DNA from: Amoeboradix gromovi X-113
Taxonomy: Eukaryota > Fungi > Sanchytriomycota
Reading direction: 5' to 3'
Length of the DNA stretch: 18,895 nt
Assembly (NCBI GenBank): GCA_018985225.1
Contig: JADGIF010000117.1
Location: 1 to 18,895 of the forward strand
The notes beneath the pieces were generated by a model that saw nothing but the letters and a program-made list of their open reading frames with translations, ran no database searches and was not told the DNA's origin. Shown in pieces: positions 8,389-18,642 of the stretch. Every line of letters starts with the position of its first letter. The stretch's first letter is position 1. The translations under genes and the position numbers were made by a program.

Positions 8389-11300
8389 ATGTCTTGGACT
8401 GGGAAATTTGTATTTTTGAATAACCAAGAAAAGCAGCTGGTTTCTGGGGAAGTTATAGCAGAGCAGGAAAAAAGTGTTACCGTGAATACTGTGGACGGTG
8501 AAGAAGTGTTTGTAGATAAAACCGCAGTTCGCGAGATGGATCCCAGTGAATATAAAGGTGTTAGTGACCTAATTACTTTGACATTTTTAGACGAAGCAGC
8601 TTTATTTCACTCTTTGTGGGCAAGATTTCATCTTAATCAGATTTATACATACTGCGGAAATATCTTGGTTAGTGTTAATCCATTTAAAATGATTGACGAT
8701 TTGTATACACTAGAGACTGCCAAAACATATTATAATGCAGAGTTTGGATCCAAAGATCCGCATATATTTGCTATTGCTAACGAATGTTACTCTTCCCTGG
8801 GGAGGGACCAAAAAAGTCAGTGCGTAGTAATTTCAGGAGAATCAGGTGCTGGTAAAACGGAAGCCACAAAACTTATTCTATTATTTATTACGACCGTAAC
8901 TTCGCATACTTCTGATGTTCAAGAGCAAATAATATCAGCCAGTCCAATTTTAGAGGCATTTGGAAATGCTAAAACCGTTCGTAACGATAACTCTAGTAGG
9001 TTTGGTAAATTTCTAAAAGTACATTTTAATACATCCGGTCAAATTGTAGGAGCCACCACTAAGCAATATTTGTTAGAAAAGTCTCGGCTAGTTTCTCAAA
9101 ATAGGGAAGAACGTAATTATCATATATTTTACCAGGTTTTACAAGGAGCAAGTGATGAATTAAGGGAAAAATTGAACCTTACTGTTGCAGAAGACTATCT
9201 GTACCTTTCTGGATCTACCATTGTGCTTCCACGAGTGGACGATGCGGAAAATTTCAGAGAAGTCACACGTGCTATGGAAATGTTAAATTTTGGAACTGCT
9301 AAAGACCAGATCATCCAAGTGCTTGCAGCGATTCTACACCTGGGAAATCTTCAGTTTGATATAGATGATAAAGAAAAGATTTTCATAAAAAACGCAAATG
9401 TTTTGGCACATATTTCGGGCTTGATTGGTTTGCCAAGCGCAGACTTTGGTAAAATCATAATCACAAGAACTACAGTTACTCGCGGTGAAGTATTTGAGAC
9501 TCCACTTACCAAAGAACAAGCCGCCGATTCTCGCGATGCTATTGCTAAATTTCTTTACGACAGTTTATTTAGTTTTATAGTTGAATTCATAAATTTGACT
9601 ACTTCTAGCAAAGGCCTCTCAAATATGTACATCGGTATTCTTGATATTTTTGGGTTTGAGAATTTTGAAAAAAATAGTTTTGAGCAATTCGTAATTTTAT
9701 TTTTAATTTAGTGCATTAATTTTGCGAACGAACGATTGCAGTATTTCTTTAATCAGCACATCTTTCAGATGGAACAGCAAGAATATAAAAAGGAGGGTAT
9801 ACCATGGTCCAGTATTGATTTCATTGACAACGCCCCATGTATAGAATTAATCTCAAGAAAACCAATTGGATTTCTTGCTTTGTTAGATGAGGAGTCTAAT
9901 TTTCCTAAAGGCACGGATCAATCTCTTTTGACGAAACTGCATCAAGGCTTAACAGACAACAAGTACTACTTGAAACCGAAACAGAACAAACCTGTCTTTT
10001 CTATTGTGCATTACGCTGGAGAAGTACAATATAACATTGAAGGGTTCCTCGATAAAAATAAAGATACCCTTCGACAAGAAATAATGGATTTGTTTTCTAC
10101 TAGCAAGGTCGAAATAATTCAACAGTTATTTGCTACCTCTGAGATTCCAAGTAATTATGATTCTGATAAGGGAATCACCATAAAAAATGCGACAACTCGT
10201 CTGAGAGCATTAAAAACAGATAAGAAAGTTAATGGTGCTCAAAAAAAGGCTACATTGGGAACTCAATTTAACACAAGTTTAGGCGAATTAATGGATACTT
10301 TGGGATCATGTAACCCATATTTTGTTCGTTGTGTAAAACCTAACCAAAAAAAAGTCAGCGATAGAATTGACAGAAAGGTAGTGTTAGATCAGCTTCAGTA
10401 TTCTGGTATGTTGGCCACAGTCAAGGTACGTAAAGCTGGATATCCGATGAGGATACCATACACTGAGTTTAATCGCAGATACGGAATGATCATCACAGGA
10501 TTTAAATCTAGCAAACCAAAAGATGGAGTAGAAAGTATTCTTAAGGTAGTGGCAAGCGATCCTAAATTCAACAAAAACTTGTACTATTTGGGCGCCTCAA
10601 AAATATTCATGAAGCAAGAAGTTCAAAACATTTTGGAAAGAAGTAGAGGAGACAAGTTTGCAGTCTATGCAGTAAGAATTCAAGCTCGCTGGAGAGGTTA
10701 TAAACAGCGTAAAGAGTATCTCCGTGATTTGTTTTTAGTTGTGCGTATACAAGTTAAAGTCAGAATATTTGTCCGTAAAATAAGATTTAGAGCCAGGATG
10801 AAGGCTGCCTTGCGAATTCAGCGAGTTTATAAGGGGTACAAGCAGAGAAAAATGTTCAAGGTCTTGCTAAAGGCTCATAGGGACCAATTGAAAGCGCAAC
10901 AAGAAATCGAACTGCAAAGAATGTTCCTTGAAGAACAGGCTAAGCTAGAGGAATTAAACAAATTTGCGGAAATGTGCCCACCTGATCTTCTTAATATGCT
11001 TCCTATACCGGATATGCCAGACATGGCAGCCCCACCACCACCAATGTTTTTTACAACAGAAGAAGTTGTGCCATCTTATAAATATGACGAAAATGCTATT
11101 GCATTGGGAATTCCAAAGCATTTACACAAAAATGGATCCGGGAATAACTCTGGACACAATTCTGGAATTATTACTCAATTGCAAAAGAACAATGGTTCTG
11201 TGCACCAATCGACTGATTTGGACTCATTCCCAACAGATGGGAAACCAAGACCATTTGATCATTTAGCTGTTCCGCACCAGCGTCGAGATTCTATTGCAAC

Positions 11301-12501
11301 CACTAATCTGGATGATGATGAAGATGATGTTAAGGTAGCTGAAGTGGCTTTGCCGGATGCAATACAGGATATATTGGATGACTTGAATGACATATTTGGT
11401 GATTCAGGTGCTGGAGAAAGACGCAGATCGTCCTCTGTGCAGGATGTAATCAATTCAAATTTGAAGAAGTTTATTCCAAAGGCAAGCAAGGATGGACAGC
11501 ACATTAACTATCAGCTGCCTGAAGCTGTTCGCAAAAAGCTGCTGAACACTATTAGGATTTTAGGGTTTGGTGATTTAATTCCAGTTATCCGAGTTGAGAC
11601 GCATATAACAGGATATCGAAAGCAACTGGTACCAGATGAAAACGCGTTGAATAAAGTAGCACAGGTACTGTTTAGGGATCCAGAAGACATAAAATATACT
11701 GTTCGAAAACTATCTAAAAGTTTAATTCCAATGGATGAAGCATTAAATTTGACAGCTGTGAGAATTAACAAAACCATATTAAAAATGACTCACGAAAATT
11801 TAGAAGCTAAAATATACTTCCATTGTTTGTGGTACATTGCGGAGGAAATTAGATGCTCTCCAGAATTAAAAGATGAGATCATATGTCAGCTATGGAAGCA
11901 GACCAATAAATGTACAAATTCCGATGCATCTAAGAGAACTTGGGTACTGCTTAATTTATTTTTAGAGTCATATATACCTAATGCAACCATCAAACAAGGT
12001 TTACTGTCGTTCATGTTACACACAGAAGATGAAATGGGAAGGATTTGCTTGGAATCATTATGCAGAAGCAAATCGGAAGAAAGAAAGTCTCCGTTTGCAG
12101 GTATTGAGTGGCTAGCTGCTAGCAAATCTCAAATGATAGCGATACCTGTGGAAGCTGCTAACGATGAATCTTTTTCTGTTGGTTTAGACGGTTTGGCAAA
12201 TTGTAAAGAGGTGATTTCTGCATTCGGCAACTACTACGGTATTAGCGGCGAAGATTTACAGGGTTATGCGATAGAAATCGAAATTGATGGACAAATTATT
12301 TGTGTGGACTCCGCAGATATGATTATGGATATTATAGCAGCCATTGAGAAGGACAAGAACGGTGTTAATTCAAAATATTATATCGGAGTTTCTAATGGAG
12401 AGTTAGAGGAGGATCAAAGCGATCTCGGATCTAAATCAACTTTTGAGCAAAGTGTTTCCGGATCTGTAGAAGATATTAAGCCTCTAAAGAGCAGTAAATG
12501 A
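8389..12501 (+). CDS. Unconventional MyTH4-type myosin (class VII/XXII-like), join(8389..9690,9712..12501), 1363 aa
   Basis: P-loop GESGAGKT, switch I NDNSSRFGK and switch II LDIFGFE. Splicing restores NSFEQF|CINFANERLQ. Three IQ-like motifs, a PPPP segment, MyTH4 (ELKDEIICQLWKQT...RTWVLL...RKSPFAGIEW), then only the start of a FERM-like region. Confidence 0.93.
9691..9711 (+). other. 21-nt spliceosomal intron, phase 0
   Basis: GTAATTTTATTTTTAATTTAG; removal precisely restores the conserved myosin motif FEQFCINFANE and joins the two ORF-track pieces. Confidence 0.95.
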
Positions 12502-12509
12502 ATAAATAT

Positions 12510-13808
12510 TTAATTTAATAAGGTGTATTGCAATAATAGAGTAACCAGCACCAACCAACTAGAATATTTCGATGATCCGCTTTTCTCAGATGAAGTAAAT
12601 TGATCGACAACCTTTGCTAATTCTCTCGAAAAATTACCAAACTTAGAAAGCGCATCTCTTTGAATGTCCTTCATTTTTTCGAGCTCTTCATATTTTGCTG
12701 GATCCAGTCCAATTTTTATTAAGGCTTCCGCTGATAACTTGTCACCACTTGGAAGAAAACTTCCAGGATAGAAGCTTGCTATCTGCTGGTAGCAAGAATC
12801 AGTGGAGTTCAGAGATTTCATCAGCCCACTGTAATAGTCATAAAGATCACTATTGTATTTATCAACGTTCTCTTGATCGTCAATTTCATCGTTTCCATAA
12901 TCTGGAGGAGTATCCAGTAGAGCCTGCGTTTCAGTTGACTCTGGTGAGTTAGGGCTAGTCTGGGTAGAGGACTGACGTTTTTTTAATCTATGGCTAGTTT
13001 TGGTTTCTGTATATCTTTGGTATTTAACGCAAATGTTTTTCATCTTAAATACTTCCTTATGTGTGTATTCATTTTCGTTGATAACAATTCTTTCAGATAC
13101 ATCAGCGCCCATGTCTTCGTAATTATTATGGACAAATTGCCATATGTTTGCAGTTAAATCAATGAAGCCATGATGCGGAAAGAAGAAAGGATCCATAGGA
13201 CTAATGTCCATAGCCATCTGTCCTCCAATTCTAACGTGAACATCAGCGTGGATACCATATTGAATCGCGTCATCCAGTTGTGCAAATGTGTTACTATTGA
13301 TGATGTCTCTATCTATATCTGCCCATCCAGGAGTTGCCACACTTGTTTCTGTTTGTCGTTGAATGCACTTACCAACATTTAAGCTGGATGCTAGCCGAAA
13401 ACTGTCATAAATTTGCCCAACTAAACATTGGCCACTTTGAGTACCATAGTAATACTGGCTGTTCGCAACAGATCTATCAATGGCCCCATTATAAGTGGTG
13501 GCCTCTCGAGCCCAGTCAATGTAAGGCAGAGTTAGATCGTCACCTCCAATAGCTCTGATTTCGTTCTCAAATTCCCAAAGAAATGCCCGATGCCACGTTA
13601 GAAATTTGATGTTATTATGAATTTTACCGAATATATCACGGTGCAGCTTGGCGTAATAAGTAATTCTTCCGGTATATTTCATATGCCGATAAGCTTCGAT
13701 AATTCTTGACCATTTACCTTCCTTTTCCATAACTCTGAAGTCTTTTCTAATCCTTGGATTGGAACACGGTACTGTAACTTGAGCAAATAATAACGCAGCA
13801 AAAATCAT
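12510..13808 (-). CDS. Secreted tyrosinase / type-3 copper protein, probably GPI-anchored, 432 aa
   Basis: CuA LH...IHNNIKFLTWHR; LPYIDW; CuB IHADVH...SPMDPFFFPHHGFID. Short N-terminal hydrophobic signal, KKR dibasic site, S/T linker, and C-terminal SGSS plus hydrophobic tail. Confidence 0.93.
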   Translation of the reverse strand: MIFAALLFAQVTVPCSNPRIRKDFRVMEKEGKWSRIIEAYRHMKYTGRITYYAKLHRDIFGKIHNNIKFLTWHRAFLWEFENEIRAIGGDDLTLPYIDWAREATTYNGAIDRSVANSQYYYGTQSGQCLVGQIYDSFRLASSLNVGKCIQRQTETSVATPGWADIDRDIINSNTFAQLDDAIQYGIHADVHVRIGGQMAMDISPMDPFFFPHHGFIDLTANIWQFVHNNYEDMGADVSERIVINENEYTHKEVFKMKNICVKYQRYTETKTSHRLKKRQSSTQTSPNSPESTETQALLDTPPDYGNDEIDDQENVDKYNSDLYDYYSGLMKSLNSTDSCYQQIASFYPGSFLPSGDKLSAEALIKIGLDPAKYEELEKMKDIQRDALSKFGNFSRELAKVVDQFTSSEKSGSSKYSSWLVLVTLLLQYTLLN

Positions 13809-14118
13809 GTGGCATTTTCGAGGGTATCTTTGATTTATTAATTACTGAAATAGCTTTCTTCGGGTGCAAGCACTGCTCAATTTCAACTCACGTTTCTGCA
13901 AGATTGCGACCAATCACAATTCAATGTCTATATGCAAGAGCTAAACCTGTGAATACAAAAATTGAACGAATTATCGTGAAAATGAAATAAATCGGTTAAA
14001 AAGTAGTGAAATACCGCAATGTGTCTATCCATAACTTGGTTTATAACAATCATTTATAGAATACATACTATTTGAATCCATACTAGGGAGCATTTTTATA
14101 ATTCAAATAGACATATTT

Positions 14119-16893
14119 TTAAAGCATGGAACCAAATGCCTTGTCCTTGCTGTCCTTTGTCTTCTTGCTGCTCTTATCCTTGTTCTTTATCCAGCCTCTT
14201 ACTGCTCGTGTGAGCGGTGTGTAGTAGAGCACTGCTATGGCAACCATGATGCTTAGCACACACTTTCCAATGACGAACAGGGTCCAATGGATACTGAAGG
14301 TGTATTTCCCAGTATTGTAGCTGGTAAAGGCAGACTGCAGCGTGCTAACGTACGTAACATCTGATCCCGCCGTGTAATACTGTGCTGTGCCTGTTGCACT
14401 CTGCTGTATTGGCCTCGTTCTCAAGAACCTCGATCTGAGGATAGACTCGAGAGATTCATCGACCATCGAGACTGCATCTATAGAAGCTGCTGTCGTGCTT
14501 GTTTTCAATTTGCCCAAACTGGTTGTCAGTATCGATGTAGAAACACTTTGCAAGCTTTCTTTGTAGTCACTCGTTGCGCTTAGGTCTAGAGTGCCTATTA
14601 ATGGCGGTGCTGTGCTCTGGTTATACAGTCCGTCCTTTATACAGCTGGACAAGGATGCATCATTTATGTGAGCCAGCAGTGGGTTGTTGGATATGTTGCA
14701 AATCATCAGCTGCTGGGTTTCACTGATCAGAATGTTTGTGATCAGATTGTTTGGCACATACAGCTCCTTTGGCTTTAATACTGAGATACTTCCCGTGAAC
14801 TGATTAAATGGAGGCACATCTCTGTTCAGATAGATGTACTCTATGCTGCTTAGATTCGGCACTGGTCCCGACAGATTGTTGTTGCTGACATCTAGACTGA
14901 CAAGACCCGATGGGATGCTGCTCGGCAACGAACCAGACAGCTTGTTCTTGTTCAGTAGCAGCGATTGCAAACTATCAGGCAGTGCTGTCGGTACAGGACC
15001 GGTGATGCTGTTCCGACTCAGGTCCAAGGCAGTTAGGTTTGATGGGATGTATCTGGTGTCTATAGTGCCATCCAAGCTCATGTTTGGCCATTCTATCCTG
15101 TCTACTCGTCCAGCAGCACATGTCACCCCTGCACTTGAGCAGCAATCTGTTTCTATCGATATCATAAGAGCTGGTTGCACAACATCAAGATTCAACCCCG
15201 TAGCGAGGCCAATCACACCTACACAATCAACGATGTAAAGATCGTATTTAAAGCACTCTGTTAGATCCGCGTCATCTTTTTGTGCTAGAAGTGGATTGTT
15301 TGAGATGTCACAGTAATACATCACACTGCTGTCTTTGATAGTGACGTTGGTGATATAGTTATGGTCAACTTGTACATAATTTGGTTTGTTTAGTAGCACT
15401 TGACCTGTAAATTTGTTATCATTTAAATATAGGTATTTCAAGCCATCAGGAAAAGCAGGTAGCCCACCAGTCAGATAGTTGTTGTCCACCTCAAAATCCA
15501 ACAATGTTGAAGGAAGACTAGTAGGTAAGCTACCTTCCAGGTAGTTATTGCTAACACAAAATACTTCCATATTCACGGGTAACGCTGCCGGTATTGATCC
15601 ATTTAAGAAGTTTTCATTTACATATATCGTATTTAGACTGAGTGGAAATGCTGCAGGAAGAGGTCCACTCAATCTGTTGGTGCGCAAATCCAAAGAGAGT
15701 AAGCTATCAGGGAGGTTGTTGGGGATTGGTCCAGATATCTGGTTGTAGAACAAATTCAACTTTTGCAGCGATCTCGGAGCTGCTGTACCATTTATTGTAC
15801 CATCAAGGCTCATATCATTAAATCTGATCTCAATAACATTTGTAGAATTGCAGGTTATGTGCCCGTGAGTTGTGGTACAGCAGTTGTACTCAAGCTCCTG
15901 CATCAAATCAGGAAACGAGATGTGCAAATTTAGTCCATAAGCGAGGTTGACTACATCATCGCAGTCCGAAATTGTGCTTGGTACTTTGGCGGACCTGTCA
16001 CACCCAGCTAGTTGTGGATCATCAGCAGGGTTGGATAAATCTGTGTTTGTCAAATCGCAGTAGAAGAAATAAGGATCATCAATCACGACAGATGATAGTG
16101 GAGCGTTACTGATGTATAAATACCATGCAGAATTCAAATGAAGGGTTCCGCTTATAGCAGTTGACTGCAACCCAACTGAGTCCATACGGTTAGGTAAATA
16201 AGGAATCATACCTGATATATCGTTCCACCCAAGAGTCAAAGTATACAGATTCGCAGGAAGAGTAGCAGGGATTGTACCGTTTATTCTGTTTGATTCCAAT
16301 TTCAAACTATGTAAAGATGCTGGCAGTGTCGCTGGAATGGGGCAGTTTAAACGATTGCTGTTAGCTTCAAACGCACTTATACTTGGCGGTAATGGTTCAG
16401 GTATGCATCCTGAGAGCATGTTGTAAGATACATAAATGTACACCATTGTGTTTGGAAGTACAGGAATTGGTCCGGTAAATTTGTTGTTTTCAGCGCGAAA
16501 GTACTCCAAATTAGATATAGAGATATTAGGAAATCCACCGTTTATCATGTTAGACCCGATGTTTGTCCAGGTTAAAGTTGGGGGTAGATCTCCTGGAACA
16601 TAACCAGTAAGCTTGTTATAACTAAGGTCAAGATAAGTCATCATTCTAGGAAGGGCTGTCATGTTTATACTCCCGGTGAGCCTCAAGCGACGCCAGCGTA
16701 TGGATTCTACACGCTCAGATACGCAACTGACACCATCACTAGTGCAGCAGTCTATCCGAAGTGATCTCATCACACCAGGATTAGAAACACCCATGTTCAG
16801 TCCTACAGCGAGATTGATTACGTCTGGACAGTCTACAGATATGGCGTAGGCAGATGCTGCTAAAAGGTGAAGCACTGATAATTTGAAAACCAT
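14119..16893 (-). CDS. Type I membrane LRR protein (receptor-like), 924 aa, three Cys-capped LRR modules
   Basis: ATG at 16893 gives the signal peptide MVFKLSVLHLLAASAYA. Repeats fit LxxLxLxxNxLxGxxPxxLP. S/T-rich stalk, TM segment at ~14221-14286 and a short Lys-rich tail without a kinase domain. Confidence 0.92.
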   Translation of the reverse strand: MVFKLSVLHLLAASAYAISVDCPDVINLAVGLNMGVSNPGVMRSLRIDCCTSDGVSCVSERVESIRWRRLRLTGSINMTALPRMMTYLDLSYNKLTGYVPGDLPPTLTWTNIGSNMINGGFPNISISNLEYFRAENNKFTGPIPVLPNTMVYIYVSYNMLSGCIPEPLPPSISAFEANSNRLNCPIPATLPASLHSLKLESNRINGTIPATLPANLYTLTLGWNDISGMIPYLPNRMDSVGLQSTAISGTLHLNSAWYLYISNAPLSSVVIDDPYFFYCDLTNTDLSNPADDPQLAGCDRSAKVPSTISDCDDVVNLAYGLNLHISFPDLMQELEYNCCTTTHGHITCNSTNVIEIRFNDMSLDGTINGTAAPRSLQKLNLFYNQISGPIPNNLPDSLLSLDLRTNRLSGPLPAAFPLSLNTIYVNENFLNGSIPAALPVNMEVFCVSNNYLEGSLPTSLPSTLLDFEVDNNYLTGGLPAFPDGLKYLYLNDNKFTGQVLLNKPNYVQVDHNYITNVTIKDSSVMYYCDISNNPLLAQKDDADLTECFKYDLYIVDCVGVIGLATGLNLDVVQPALMISIETDCCSSAGVTCAAGRVDRIEWPNMSLDGTIDTRYIPSNLTALDLSRNSITGPVPTALPDSLQSLLLNKNKLSGSLPSSIPSGLVSLDVSNNNLSGPVPNLSSIEYIYLNRDVPPFNQFTGSISVLKPKELYVPNNLITNILISETQQLMICNISNNPLLAHINDASLSSCIKDGLYNQSTAPPLIGTLDLSATSDYKESLQSVSTSILTTSLGKLKTSTTAASIDAVSMVDESLESILRSRFLRTRPIQQSATGTAQYYTAGSDVTYVSTLQSAFTSYNTGKYTFSIHWTLFVIGKCVLSIMVAIAVLYYTPLTRAVRGWIKNKDKSSKKTKDSKDKAFGSML

Positions 16894-17578
16894 CTGAGCT
16901 GCTTTGACGCGCTCTACTTTTATAGCCAATCTTGTGAGCTGATTTGCTGGGAACAAAAACAGGCTTGAGATAAGCCTGTAAATATTCAGCGATCGATTCT
17001 TGACCTGCAATCAGCTTTAACTACGTTTCTGGAGCTTCGCGTTCTCATTGGGGAAGTCGCTTTACTGCGTACACTGGTCGGGGATCAATCAAAGTGAGAG
17101 TTATCATCAGCCAGATTGCTTAACATTTACATCTGGTATTAGAGTTTAGATAAGAACAACCAGTGCACCTTTTTCAGAAACGCAAAACTTAAGAGATACA
17201 GAGGTACCAGAACCGATGCTATTAACTACTTCTACGAACTGCTGCTCATACTAACTGCAAACGACGTAATAAAGTTCAGAAAATCAAGAGAATGTGGGTT
17301 TATTGAGACGCTTTGAGTGTTTAATACTCTTAAATACACAATCCAATAAATGAAGCTTATTATAAATTCTGCTTACCTGCATTAATCTCAGTTTAGTGCA
17401 ATGTCCCAAACTCCCAATATCGATATGCATATCTCGCATAAGTTGAAATTGTATTGCTAATGAACCTAATAATGCTTATCATATGAGGTGCATAGAATGT
17501 TGGAATAAGCAGAGCATGGCTAATGGGTTCTTTCACTACTCTGATTTTATATTTTAAAACATTTCAGAATTACAAAAC

Positions 17579-18107
17579 ATGAACACTTCCTCGACCAAAA
17601 AGACAAAGTTCGAAAACGAACTGCAACTGGATCTGACCAAGGACTTATCAATAGATGGCAATGCAATTAACTATATAAAGGATATGGAAGTTAATCTAGC
17701 GCTTAATAGCATAAATTTCCGAGGATATGAATTGATGAGGTTGTAGACTGTGAATCAAATGAGGTAATTGATTCTTCAGAGAGAATTTCCAACTATAGTA
17801 AGATATTGTTCAGAAAACGCATAAGGAATCATCAATGCCTCTTGAAAGAGTTGACGGACACTGGTCAATACTCCAAACCATTTTTAGGTATTGAGTTTAT
17901 TTACAACCAAGCAACCATGGACCTCAAAGACAGAACCGAAATAAACTCATGCTATACAGTGAGAAGTCTTGGAAAGATGTGCCAGTGATAGAGCTTGAGT
18001 CTGATTTGGTTGTTTTAGCAGGAAATGGAAACCCTTGGTTTGATGTTTTGGTAAAGCGAGAATTGCACTCAAAGGAACTCTTATGGGGAGGGTTGCGAGA
18101 TGAGTAA
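17579..18107 (+). pseudogene. Frameshifted coding relic of unknown family
   Basis: Three overlapping protein-like frames: MNTSSTKK...ELMRL* (17579-17746), IDEVVDCES...KMCQ* (to 17988), and ...KSWKDVPVIELESDLVVLAGNGNPWFDVLVKRELHSKELLWGGLRDE* (to 18107). Confidence 0.45.
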
Positions 18108-18404
18108 AAATGCAGTAAATCAATTTTCATATTTTCCTTAATGCTATCACTTAAATTCTACAATACAGAGGACTACTCTAAGAAGCAATATAGATTTAAA
18201 TTCATTATAATGAAAATCAACCACTTTAGAGAGCTCATGAATAAATATCGAAAGATTGGCGTTAAACCGCTGGCGTGAAAGTGAAAAAGACAAAAAATAA
18301 ACAACTCTCAATATCATAGGACTTCTTTTTATTAGTACTGGTATTTTGTCACCATTCAACACTTTGTAGATCTACGACTTGGAGCAATTTTTTCCCATCA
18401 GAAT

Positions 18405-18515
18405 ATGCGAAATGAAAAGAACTCAAAGTTCATTAGAGTTGCGACCATTCAAAAACAATATGATGTGTCCAACACTCAATTGCGTAAATGAGATGAAAGG
18501 ATTCAATCGTTGCGT
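18405..18515 (+). pseudogene. tnpA: IS607 TnpA-like N-terminal MerR-type HTH fragment
   Basis: MRNEKNSKFIRVATIQKQYDVSNTQLRK*DERIQSLR. The TGA at 18489-18491 falls where the conserved Trp of VSxxTLRRWD lies and is one change from TGG. Confidence 0.6.
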
Positions 18516-18558
18516 CAATTGTCAGCAATGCGGTCACCAAGACCATAGAGATATTAGT
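18514..18558 (+). pseudogene. TnpB/Fanzor-like C-terminal fragment (second CxxC pair plus RuvC-III-like HRD)
   Basis: VNCQQCGHQDHRDIS matches the spacing CxxCGxxx(D/H)RDxN. The following AAxNI/GAxNI is missing. Confidence 0.5.
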
Positions 18559-18642
18559 CCAGGTACTTCCAAGTTGTCTACACTTGAGAAGTGTAGGGTT
18601 TGAAATCTTCATGATTTTCGAATTCTTCACATTTAACGTAGG
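18557..18642 (+). ncRNA. Putative omegaRNA scaffold remnant
   Basis: Perfect stem CTACACTT-GAG-AAGTGTAG (18578-18596), second bulged stem TTTGAAATC-TTCAT-GATTTTCGAA (18599-18622), ending AACGTAGG. The position between the nuclease C-terminus and the right end is where omegaRNAs are encoded. Confidence 0.45.

Larger units (their letters stand above)
18321..18642 (+). mobile_element. Candidate internally deleted IS607/Fanzor2-type element (~322 bp)
   Basis: TAGG at both boundaries (18317-18320 and 18639-18642). TnpA-like HTH fragment, then a TnpB-like zinc-finger/RuvC-III fragment, then hairpins, in canonical IS607 order. Confidence 0.6.

Noticed and set aside
8389-12501. Two separate myosin genes, or stop-codon readthrough at 9709-9711
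   Set aside because: A GT-AG 21-nt intron restores the conserved motif exactly, whereas readthrough would insert 7 residues into an invariant helix.
12494-12522. Possible 29-nt GT-AG intron extending the myosin tail
   Set aside because: It would add only about 4 codons before a TAA and runs antisense into the tyrosinase, so it cannot supply the missing FERM.
773-16849. Short antisense or alternate-frame ORFs overlapping the main genes, plus 4433-4714 and 5527-5829
   Set aside because: Shadow ORFs with no recognisable motifs.
16894-17010. 39-aa extension of the LRR ORF
   Set aside because: TTG start; the ATG at 16893 directly begins a clear signal peptide.
17125-17145. TTTACA-TC-TGGTATTAGAG resembling an LTR end plus plant-type iMet PBS
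   Set aside because: It differs from the PBS used by the element in this window, and there is no adjacent gag or second LTR.
18379-18603. 74-aa Cys-rich ORF as a standalone zinc-finger gene
   Set aside because: TTG start; better explained as an off-frame read of the tnpA fragment joined to the TnpB-like tail and hairpins.
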